In this document: piece by piece, positions 24,151 to 33,847 of the stretch
Layout: the number at the start of each line of letters is the position of its first letter
How positions within the stretch are numbered: position 1 is the first letter of the stretch
DNA from: Octopus bimaculoides
Taxonomy: Eukaryota
Direction: 5' to 3'
Length of the DNA stretch: 33,847 nt
NCBI RefSeq assembly: GCF_001194135.2
Contig: NC_068987.1
Location: 45,604,406 to 45,638,252 of the forward strand
Program-made: the position numbers and the translations under genes
Notes under the pieces: model-generated
Seen by the model: the letters and a program-made list of their open reading frames with translations, nothing else
The model's database searches: none
Told to the model about the DNA's origin: nothing

Positions 24151-25258
24151 TGATGTATGTATGTATTTGTGTGTGTGTGTGTGTGTGTATGTAGATAATA
24201 CCTACTGCCTATGAATATGAGAGTAGATGTATCTTACATACATGCATGTATATAGAGAGAACATACAGACACATACCATTAAAACACTAACATGTATACA
24301 CATATCAACAATAGTAGGTTGATCATTGAGTTGGTTTAAATACTGAGCTATTTCTACTTTTTAAAAAATCTCTGAAGTTAATGTCACTGTAAAGTTAGCC
24401 ATGGAGGTCAGTTATTTGTAAATTCCAGTTTCAGTTTCTGGTTGGAAACCCAAGAGAAATGAATTACTGTATGTTGTGACAGTACTGTAAAATTATCAAG
24501 TGTTTTGTAGGCTTGAAGTGATAGGTTTGACTCATTCTCAGGCCTGGAGAATGTAACATGAAAGGGAAAAAAAGTCAGTCTTTAGCTTCAGATCAGTATC
24601 TTTTAGTTATCTTGGTTTTCCTAGCCCAAATCTGAATATTGGTTCTAATTATAGGCTTCATGTAATGCTGCTGTGTGTACAATAATCCATTTCATGTGAA
24701 ACTCATCACACACAGGTATTTACCCCTGGGATAGCTTACTTTACTGCAATATAAACTATCAATGAAATTGGTAAAATAAATTATACAAACGTCTTAATAT
24801 ATGTGTCATTGCATATCTGACTGTATTTAGGCATCTTTGTGTTTGTATCACTTTGTCAAGATTCAGATAAAAAATTCTAAGTATAAAAGAGCCCCTTATT
24901 CCTGGAGACATTCTTTAAATATTATTGTTACAACTACAATTAAAAAAAAGCATGCCTACATTTCAATACTATTTTAAAGATTCTAATAGCATTATCAAAA
25001 ATAAAACAAGGAACAAAATATTTGAATGCTTAAAAAATCTTAAGATGAATGATATGAATGTGCATGCAATTTGAAATGGCAATGCCTGTGTTAGAATGGG
25101 GGTAGCTGATGAAGGAAAATGTTCTCTATGTGGCCTGGGTGTTTTCTGTACTCTGGTTATTATTATTTTTTTTGTCTACGTTTTGTTTGCAATGTCCTGT
25201 ACCTAGATATGCACCTATATATACAGGTAGACGTAGGTATGCACATACNNNNNNNNNN

Positions 25259-25302
<44 letters not shown>

Positions 25303-25380
25303 GTGAGTGAGAGAGAGAAGGATATGCTATCTATCTCTGTGTGTGTAATTTCTGTTGGGAGGAGGAAACTGTGACCATGA

Positions 25381-26890
25381 CTTTCGTAGCTCTGTGATTC
25401 ACGAAACTGATGACGTTAATGTTCAGATTGAATAAGTACAGCTGTTCGTGGAATTTGTGTAGGTGGTAACGGCGCGTTGGCGGTTTTATGAAGGTGATGA
25501 TGATGGTTTTCACCAATAGCTTTTGTTCTGTTTTTAGGAGTTATTGTCTACTGGATCTTTCAATCCAGTAACGTTTTCGGACGAATTACCTCCCTTGGTT
25601 GGGTTCCCTCGCTCGATTCTCATATTTCGTTATAAGTTGGCACTAAATTCTTATGAATCGAACCCACAATCATTCTCTTTACATCTTTGATACTTTTTTT
25701 TTTTGAAAAAAAAAAATGATAATAATATCCGTACATACAAGCAGTGCGCCAGTTTGGAATAAATCATATAACGCAATAGACTATACACAAAAGAAATTAA
25801 AGGCCTTCTCCAACCCAATAGCTCAAAGGTATCCTGAACAACTCAAATCTAATTTTGGTGTGACAAAGATCGAATGATTGAACTTGCGAGTTCCACTAAT
25901 ATTTTTAGACTCTTTAAAATCTATTTCGTAAAAAACACTCTACCCTCCCCAGTACTGTATTCATGACAAGGTTTTGATTCCCAGTTGTTCTAATTATTAA
26001 TGTTGCTATTGCCCGAGATGAATGTCATTCCCCTATATTCCTGTAAATATGTTTTCTATTGCCTGTAACTAGAGAAACCACTCAGAACATCACGCCACCA
26101 TGGTAGTTCACCGTTTACACACTTGTATAAAAAGAAAAAGAAGTTTGATAGAAAATCCAGCGTATTCTTGGTGTAAAGTAAAATGGTAAATCCACCTGTT
26201 TTGGGTGATCTCTCCACATATCACAGAGGGGCTTATTGTTTAAAAGAAAATGAAATTTTATGATGCTTTACTCAAGAACATTTACGAGGTAAGTTAAATT
26301 GTTACATTCGAAAATTGGAACAAGCGGACGCGATGAAGTCTGTGGAATGGAAATAAAAACTCCAAATTTTGGAGTTACCAAATGTCCAAATAAGCAGTCA
26401 TACATTTATTAAATCGCCATCCAAACAATTGTCAACATATTCTGCAGTCGAAACATGAACTTTTAATGTCAATTTGAAAAGTCATTTTAGAATTATCTCC
26501 CCTGTCATCATCCCTTCCTCTCTATTCCATACATATTACTGTCTTACTCGTCTAGTCTAGCCTTCTAACCGAGAAAGACTATACAGGTCAGTATGAGTTC
26601 GTCGTACTCAGAGTGTCTCTCTGTGTAGATGAATACAGGAGTTGTATATGTTGCTATTATCTAAGGTGTCTTCGTTTGAACGTTATATAATAGCTTAAAC
26701 ATTGTCAGTTACTGGATAAGGAGAAATGGGTACCATTAAGTCCTTTAGTGCTCCCTAATATATTATTAGTATATATTTAGTCAATGTTAAACCTCCGAAA
26801 AACTTTGAGCATTGGCATTGGAACTCAAATATGAGGAGTACCAACTTAAACTGTTCCACTGATTTAGCAAGCAACGTCGTCGCTATGATA
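25381..26890. promoter_or_regulatory. Intronic CpG-retaining island (candidate internal or antisense promoter/enhancer)
   Basis: Hand count of about 42 CpG in 25381-26890 versus about 5 in the preceding 1.5 kb. No recognisable repeat. TATAAAAA at 26126-26133. Confidence 0.5.
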
Positions 26891-26925
26891 CTCCCCACTC
26901 TCCCTCTCTATGTGTGTGTGTGTAA

Positions 26926-27222
26926 GTGAAGGCACATGGCTCAGTGGTTAGAGCGTCGGGCTCACAATCATGAGGTAGTAAGTTCGATTCCCGAACCGTG
27001 CTGTGTGTTGTATTCTTGAGTAAGACACTTTATATCACGTTACTCCAGTTCACTCAGCTGTGAAAATGAGTTGCGACGTCACTGGTGTCAAGCTTTATCG
27101 GTCTTTGCCTTTCCCTTGGATAACATCAGTGGCATGGAGAGGGGAGGCTTGTATGCCTGGGCGACTACATACAACCTTGCCCGAACTTGTGCCTCGGAGG
27201 GTAACTTTCTAGGTGCAATCTC
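26926..27222 (+). mobile_element. tRNA-derived SINE of a third family
   Basis: A-box tggctcagtggttagagc, B-box agttcgattccc, followed by CORE-like gtgttgtattcttgagtaagacacttta. Continues into a non-tRNA body, so it is not a tRNA gene. Confidence 0.8.
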
Positions 27223-27276
27223 ATTCATATGAATGCTTGTTTACAAAGAAATGTGTATAAATGTATGTAAACATAC

Positions 27277-27343
27277 CTTATTGTTTCAGTGACTTCTTCA
27301 GCAATTTGTCTTCCTATTCGGCCAGCACCCGTCCGTGTACCTG
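27277..27343 (-). CDS. BMAL1: BMAL1 exon (A)GTRTGAGRIGRQIAEEVTETI
   Basis: 67 nt. Acceptor cctttttaccttttattacag (NAGNAG, alternative start 27340), donor ag|gtatgt. Matches vertebrate BMAL1 GTRAGAGKIGRMIAEEIMEI. Confidence 0.93.
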
Positions 27344-28758
27344 CTGTAATAAAAGGTAAAAGGGGAAAACTCATTTTGCATTTGCATATACATAGTGATC
27401 ATGATGGCAACGATAACGATGCTGCTGTTACTGATGATGATGTTTGCAATATGTTTTTACTAAAAATATAACCACAATATAAAGTGACTAGTGACAGTAA
27501 ATATGTTTGTTTGGTAGGTGATTGTTAAGGGCTCTCAGAGGCCATGGAAACAATTCCTTTTCCTCAGATAAACCAATGAAAAAATGCTGGGTCAGTTATT
27601 GTTATGATATAATATTTAAAAATAAATTATTGTCTGATAAAAAAATACCCAAAATCATTAACAATAACATCCTTATGGATGAAGTCTCCATAGTTGGAAA
27701 GCTGATCACACAAAGATAATCTGTACTCAATATAGCATATATAGATATGGTTCTGGAAATGATCAGCTGGTACCAGTGTTTGAGTTGGTTTTTGCTGTGT
27801 GATATAGCAGTTGAGGTAGATGGGATTAAGGTTAGTAAACAACATTAAACAACATCAGAGTTGAGGTAGTTATGGCTAGAAAGACGATCACACAGCAATG
27901 ATCAACTGAACCTAATACATTATGGTGTACAGCTCTGTGGGTATCCACACAGACTTACTTTGTTGTTGTTTCACCTCAGGCCATCCCTGATCAAGTTGAC
28001 CTACGAGCAACATTAATCCAGATTTGATCATCCAATATTTTTACAAACATATATCAATGAGTTCCTTATCCAATGTGTCCTTCCCTTTTTAAAGTGTTTG
28101 ACAAAAGTGAAAGTTTCTCATTTACTCATTATTTTATTGGGAATTGATATACAATAACAAAACATTATATATAACTTTAGTTTTGGTTTTATATTTTTTC
28201 TGGAGAGATACTCATTTATTTGAATTGCTAATCATATAATCCATTAAACTGTTTATTAATTTACCTTGGCTAGTGCCACCTTCTATCATTGATTCAGTAT
28301 TCAACTACCATGTTAGTGAGAGCTAACAGTTACTGTTCAAAATGCACCCTAGCCATGGCTATCATGCCTTCCCTTTAAATAAGTTGTCTTAGTATTCAGG
28401 GAAGAAATATGTGGTCTTTATGTTTCAGATGGTAAAGATTTTACTAAGATTGTATTTGGTAACTATTTAAACAAGATAAGAGATTATGTCCTGCTTTGGT
28501 TCAACTGATATTTGTTTACATATTAGAAGACATGGATTTCAATGCTATACAATCATTATAAATTCATCATCAATGTTTTATATCTGATTTTCCATACTGG
28601 CATGTGTTGGACAGTTTTTCTGAGGGAGTGTTTTACAACTGGATGCCTTCTCTGTTGCCAAACTTTTTAGTCATATCTTATGATATGCAGGACATGTTAT
28701 ATTTATTCATTCTAAAACTGGGATGCACATGGTTAATACATTTATGCTCATTTGATCT

Positions 28759-28775
28759 CCATCTCTGCCCCTGTA

Positions 28776-28831
<56 letters not shown>

Positions 28832-28845
28832 TCTGCCCCTGTACA

Positions 28846-28872
<27 letters not shown>
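28759..28872. repeat. Tandem duplication of ccatctctgcccctgtacat plus (CT)n
   Basis: Unit at 28759 and again at 28827. Confidence 0.85.
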
Positions 28873-28877
<5 letters not shown>

Positions 28878-29359
28878 CCTGCACATTATCTTCCTATTTT
28901 CTAATCCTTCTACAGGTCTATTATACTGTTACTCGCCACCATTCCTGTACTGCCACTTATCACCTCTTCTTTGAGTTATTTATTTTATCTTCCCCTGTAT
29001 TGATATTTACTATCAACCACACCTTTACCCTTGGACACCGTTCACAACAGTTACCCCAACCCCCAGTTCTAACCATCTGTCACCCTTCTCTCACACTCCT
29101 ATGTTACTCTCCTCTCATACCCTTCCTGATCCTTGGTCTGTATTCTCTCTTACACTCACATTCTTGTATCTCTGGAGTACATTTTGGCACCTTGTTCCAC
29201 TATATTTTCTTTCCAGTTACTTCTACATACTCCTATATAATGTGAGATAGCCATGTAATCTCCTCTATAGTAAGACAGATGTACCTGTCCCTGTATCATC
29301 CTTTAACTTCTCAACACTAGGCATAAAACCACTGCTCCCAAAGGGGCTTCTTTTTCTTT

Positions 29360-29660
29360 TCATTGCAAGTTACATGGTGACCTCACTAGTGTCAGTATCA
29401 TGAACAAAAGGTATCCAACACACTTTGCAAAATGGTATTGTAGAAATGAAGGAAATCTTGAACACAGGAGAAGAACTGTGAGGAAAGATAAGAGGATTGG
29501 GTAAAATAATCTTATAGCAAGTTGCTACTTTGTAAAGTGGTTGGCATTAAGAAGAAACTTCGCCAAAGCAGATATTGGATTTCAATGTAGTCCTTAGCTT
29601 ACTGGATCCTGCAAAACTATCCAACCCATGTCAGCATAAAAGACAGGCATTACATGATGA
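29360..29660 (+). mobile_element. Decayed SINE/RTE-tail element ending in (GAT)n
   Basis: gtggttggcattaagaag...tccaacccatgtcagcat resembles the tail at 9258-9400. Confidence 0.6.
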
Positions 29661-29669
29661 TGGTGGTAG

Positions 29670-29703
<34 letters not shown>

Positions 29704-29893
29704 GGAGAAGAAGATAATGATGGTGATGATGATGATGATGATGAAGATGATGATGATGAAGAAGAAGAAGATAATGATGGTGATGATGATGATGATGAAG
29801 AAGAAGAAGAAAATGATGGTGATGATGATGATGATGAAGAAGAAGATGAAGAAGAAGAAGAAGATGAAGAAGAAGAAGAAGAAGAAGAAGAAG
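29654..29893. repeat. Compound (GAT)n/(GAA)n trinucleotide tract with higher-order gaagaagataatgatggtgat units
   Basis: Directly visible; grows out of the retroelement tail. Confidence 0.95.
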
Positions 29894-29910
29894 TGGTTAT
29901 TAATACTAAC

Positions 29911-30020
29911 CAGACTGTGTTTCTTCAACTTTATTAGATGATGTACTTTCTACAGCAGCATCAACCTGCATTTGTTCACTTGATTCTGCTGTTTGGTTAG
30001 AACTTGTAACCTTTGGCATT
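29911..30020 (-). CDS. BMAL1: BMAL1 linker exon MPKVTSSNQTAESSEQMQVDAAVESTSSNKVEETQS
   Basis: 110 nt. Acceptor aattgtcttgcag, donor tg|gttagt. Open in the phase 2-to-1 frame needed to connect the PAC exon to the GAGR exon. S/T/E-rich, no recognisable homology. Confidence 0.75.
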
Positions 30021-30342
30021 CTGCAAGACAATTAATTTGAAAATGGTTTTAGCTGCTGGAGTCATTTAACCTTTTGTTACTATATTTGTATTGAAAAATA
30101 CTGCCTTTGTTCTTGTGAATTTTGAAATAATGAGGAATTTAATAAAATAATTTTGTCATTATTGTGCTAAAGTTTGGAACATAAATTAACATGAAATTTT
30201 GATGGAAGGTTTTAATTTAGATCACTTTAACCCTTTTGTTACCATATTTCTGTAAAACCACATTGTCTTTGTTTCAATTTATTTTGAAAATAATGAAGAA
30301 TTTAGTTGTAAGATAACCTTATTGTTATTATTAAGCTGGTGG

Positions 30343-30436
30343 AAGGTGGTGAGTTGGCAGAATCATTAGCATGCCAGACAAATGATTTGTAGCATTTTGT
30401 CCATGTTTACATTCTGAGTTTAAATTCTGCCAACAT
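30343..30436 (+). mobile_element. Meta-domain SINE 5' fragment
   Basis: aaggtggtgagttggcagaatcattagcatgccagac...attctgagtttaaattctgcc. Confidence 0.8.
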
Positions 30437-30956
30437 TGGCATGAAACCAGGAGCTGTCACATGCAGGTCGGTATCCAAAGGGCAAATGAAACTTTGATAT
30501 TAACTTGCATGAAACTGATAACACAAACAGCAAGATTACACCTTCAGAATATTGCTAATAATTCAAATAGTCCTCTAATGAGGTGCTGGCTCATTAAGAT
30601 CAAGTGGGCGAGACCTCAATGAAGTATGCTGTTAACAGGTCTAGTGTAATGAAGATACTTGCAAATGTTCAACAGTGTACAACTCAGCCATGCCTTGTAT
30701 GCATGTATGTATGGTAAAATTTGTCACCACTTAAAAGTGGATGTTGTGTTAGAACACACAATACTGCAATATTTACCATGAGAGGGTTTCTCATATTTGT
30801 TTTGTGATGCATATGAACACTTTTGTTTACACTGCTGGCTGACTAATAGATTATGTGATTTTGGCCTTCTTTTGCCTTGTCAAAGGTAGATACCTGACTA
30901 CTGAAAATAGCAGTAACTGTCCCACCAGTGATATACATAGAGTCACAAAATATATG

Positions 30957-30990
<34 letters not shown>

Positions 30991-31244
30991 TTATTGTTGC
31001 TACTATCAAAAACCCCATATACATCCGTAAACAAGTAGATGGATCCATCATTGGTTTTGATGATGAATATGCCAGGCTGGTTGGTCAACCAAAATGATTA
31101 ACTCAGTGAATCATATTCCCACATACATATGTGCTTTTAGCGTGGTCCTCAGGTAGAATCACAGTGATACAGTGTATCTTAAAACAGAATCTTTGAATTA
31201 CAGGTAGAGCCCTCTCATATGCTGCGACACTGTTTCTACCTGCC

Positions 31245-31450
31245 TAATTTTACTCACAAGGCTTAGGTTAATCCAAAGCTAAATCAAAAGACACTTGTTT
31301 GAGACACCACTCCATGGCATCTTGGATAAACTTGGAATTTTTCCTTAAGACCTCAGAAATTGTAAAGAAAACATAAGCCTTCTTGACACCAAAGCAAACC
31401 TGAGACTTTTTGATTGTAAACCAAAGTTCTTAATCACTCAGCTATGCCTA
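31245..31450 (-). mobile_element. Degenerate copy of the 20384-type SINE head
   Basis: tactcacaaggcttaggttaatccaaagct...aagacacttg matches the reverse complement of 20467-20511. Confidence 0.5.
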
Positions 31451-31817
31451 CACATACATAAAATGACACATGTACGTACACAAAAACCCAAATCATTAAT
31501 ATGCCAACACACACACACATGTATATATATAAATAAGCATGTAGTTACATATAGTGTATATATAGCAATATATAATGTACACACTGGAAGTTGAGCTGAT
31601 AACCCTCATAGCAGAGATAGAAGCGTGGTTCAGACATGATATAAATGTTATTGTATATAATAATCTGCTGTGGTTTAATCACTATACATCAATTAGCTAA
31701 CATAATATCTGACTAACTCAGATGTATCTATGATGAGATGGGAAGAGGAGAAAGATAAAGATGAGTTTCTCCCAAACTACAATGGACATGAATTGTTGTA
31801 ACTGTCAGTCATAAGAG

Positions 31818-31998
31818 GAGGCACAAAGCCAGAAATTTTAAGGGGGAAGGTTAACCAGTGCTATTGACATCAATATTTAACTAATACTTTATTTTATCAA
31901 CCCCAGAAGGAGAAAGGCAAACTTGATCTTAGCAAAATTTGAATTGAAATGTGAAGTGCTAGCAAAACTTTTTTTCCTACACTATAATGATTCTGCTT
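31818..31998 (-). mobile_element. Degenerate Meta-domain SINE copy
   Basis: gcacaaagccagaaatttt...attttatcaaccccagaaggagaaaggcaaacttgatc...aatgattctgc. Confidence 0.75.
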
Positions 31999-32080
31999 GT
32001 TTGATTAACAAAAGAAACAACAATAAAATTCAACAGTAGTAGTAGTAGTAGCAGGAGTAATAGTAATAAAAATCACTTAC

Positions 32081-32231
32081 GGAACAACAGTGTTTGTAGT
32101 CACAATATATTCCACTTCCTTCGTCCAAGGGTTCCGGAAACTAAAACATTTTGACCATAAATGCAGAAATGTTCCATCTTTGGCTTTAAACTGAAATATG
32201 TGTGTCTCAAGTTTGTCTTTAGTTTGTAAAA
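32081..32231 (-). CDS. BMAL1: BMAL1 exon, end of PAS-B/PAC: (V)LQTKDKLETHIFQFKAKDGTFLHLWSKCFSFRNPWTKEVEYIVTTNTVV(P)
   Basis: 151 nt. Acceptor ctccttatacttccatttcag, donor cc|gtaagt. Aligns by eye to vertebrate BMAL1 VLQTREKITTNCYKFKIKDGSFITLRSRWFSFMNPWTKEVEYIVSTNTVV. Confidence 0.96.
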
Positions 32232-32969
32232 CTGAAATGGAAGTATAAGGAGACAGTCAGTGAGTGATAATTAGACAGAGATTTTAGATTTCAAATATCA
32301 AATGTGATATGTAGTTGTAAAGAACTTAGCCATAAACAGAAGCTGAAAATATTTGGTAGCCAACATCATAAACACTGGTAATGAGTAGAAAGTTGATGAA
32401 TCTGTCAAGCAGTCACAGTTAAATTTGGTTAGAAATGAAAGACTAGAAGCATTTGTTAGAATATTATTTTATTAAATACAGGTCATAAATAAAATCTGAA
32501 AATTTTCTGTGACCACATTGAGTAAGATCTTTTCAAAGATAGGTCAGTAAATGGCTGTAGTTAAAACTGATAATAAATAAAATGCTGTTAAAGGGTTCTT
32601 GTAAATATTTGTTGGATGATGTTTGTTAGTCATATTTCAGGACTCACAATGTCTAAAGAGTGATCACCACTTTCTGTATATTTTCAGAGACTGGGATATG
32701 AATAAACAAGTATTTCGTTATCTATTGAGCTAGCCTAAAAGATACAAAGTAATAGACTGGAAGACTGTTCACAAAAGGTTGTCAACTAAAAGACTGGTCA
32801 AAGAAAGGTTGGTCATAGAAAGACCCAGGGTAATTGATTAGTTAAGTGTCTTATGGATGTTATGATTATTTTATATCACACCTGGGATTCAAAAGATAAC
32901 AGTTTTACAATCTTTGGCAAATTTTGAAGAAGAAAAGCTTACAGATTACATTTAATTCACCTTTATTTA

Positions 32970-33847
32970 GCCAGAGGGGAAGCAGATAAGAAAAGATTTG
33001 CCAATGTTCTACGCCGTGAGGATCAAAGACTCGAGATATTTCGTGTTGCAAGACAGTGTAGGAGAGAGAATAAGTGATGTCGTAGGAGAGAAATGTGTTC
33101 GCATGGATGATGGTACGCTTGCACTAAATGAGGATGCAAAGAAAGAAGTCTGGAGATGCCACTACGATAGATTGCTTAATAAAGAGAATGAATGGGAGGA
33201 AGAGAGCCTGCCGTATGTCGACCCAATAGAGGGACCAGCTATCCGAGTTGATAGTACCAGGGTAGATAAAGCAATTAAGAGTATGAAGACCGGGAAAGCC
33301 CCCGGCCCATCAGGAATCATTGCAGAGNNNNNNNNNNNNNNNNNNNNNNNNNNNNNNNNNNNNNNNNNNNNNNNNNNNNNNNNNNNNNNNNNNNNNNNNN
33401 NNNNNNNNNNNNNNNNNNNNNNNNNATTACGAACCAGGTGATACACGAAGGAGTCATACCCAATGACTGGTGTAGCAGCATCATAGTCAACTGCTACAAA
33501 GGTAAAGGTGACGCTTTAGATACAAATAATTACAGAGGCATCAAGCTGTTAGATCAGGTTATGAAAGTTACAGAGAGGGTCATAGCCCAACTAATTAGGG
33601 AGCGAATCAATTTAGATGAGATGCAGTTTGGGTTCATGCCGGGTAAAAGCACTACTGATGCCTTGTTTCTGGTAAGACAGCTGCAGGAGAAATACCTAGC
33701 CAAGGATAAACCTCTGTACCTGGCTTTCGTTGACATGGAGAAAGCCTTTGACAGGGTCCCCCGATCCCTTATCTGGTGGTCAATGAGGAAACTTGGGATA
33801 GAAGAATGGTTAGTGAGAGCTGTGCGAGCCATGTACAGAGATGCTGC
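32970..33847 (+). mobile_element. 5'-truncated RTE-clade LINE, reverse-transcriptase region, antisense to BMAL1; continues past the window
   Basis: ARGEADKKRFANVLRREDQR..(one frameshift near 33075)..DVVGEKCVRMDDG...KAPGPSGIIAE [gap] ITNQVIHEGVIPNDWCSSIIVNCYKGKGDALDTNNYRGIKLLDQVMKVTERVI...QFGFMPGKSTTDALFLVRQLQEKY...AFVDMEKAFDRVPR. These are RT motifs; 33426-33847 is stop-free. Confidence 0.97.

Noticed and set aside
26926-27000. tRNA-like sequence
   Set aside because: A and B boxes are present, but it continues into a SINE body with no acceptor-stem closure; SINE head, not a tRNA gene.
29575-29941. Acidic poly-D/E ORF and its poly-M/K and poly-I/F sister frames
   Set aside because: Translations of the (GAT)/(GAA) microsatellite, intronic and antisense to BMAL1; no splice or homology support.
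30894-30900. 7-nt microexon-like segment ttttcag|TAGTCAG|gtatct
   Set aside because: Frameshifting, with no supporting context; expected by chance.
32190-32192. Internal catatttcag acceptor inside the PAC exon
   Set aside because: Gives phase 0 instead of phase 1, and the upstream 41 nt already encode conserved LQTKDK...; the true acceptor is at 32232.
13271-32546. Clock-type cis motifs: TGACGTAA (13271-13278), D-box TTATGTAA (19363-19370), near-RORE AAGATAGGTCA (32536-32546)
   Set aside because: Isolated single hits are expected in 34 kb of AT-rich DNA. I saw no canonical CACGTG, and the real promoter is outside the window.

Overview
Eukaryotic, AT-rich, repeat-dense genomic window with 7 N gaps; the SINE, RTE and microsatellite content points to an octopod cephalopod (inference from recalled repeat families, not a database search). 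The only host gene I can support is the 3' half of a BMAL1/CYCLE (ARNTL) circadian bHLH-PAS gene on the minus strand. It is split into 6-7 short exons (32231 down to stop 7876) that the ORF track misses. Spliced by hand they give one open frame: PAS-B/PAC end (FSFRNPWTKEVEYIVTTNTVV), then the GAGRIGRQIAEE motif, then the vertebrate-type C-terminal transactivation domain ([32 protein letters not shown]). The bHLH, PAS-A and most of PAS-B lie beyond the right edge. Introns and the downstream flank hold more than 20 copies of a tRNA/Meta-domain SINE, other tRNA-SINEs, RTE LINE pieces, three REL-endonuclease LINE 3' ends, a mariner relic and a non-autonomous Helitron. Best leads, all untested inferences: (1) two candidate small exons that would each delete only the transactivation domain, giving a Drosophila-CYC-like BMAL1; (2) a CpG-retaining island inside a BMAL1 intron carrying a TATA box and a chain of plus-strand splice sites that could form a spliced antisense transcript overlapping a BMAL1 exon. 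Repeat boundaries are approximate; exon boundaries were counted by hand.
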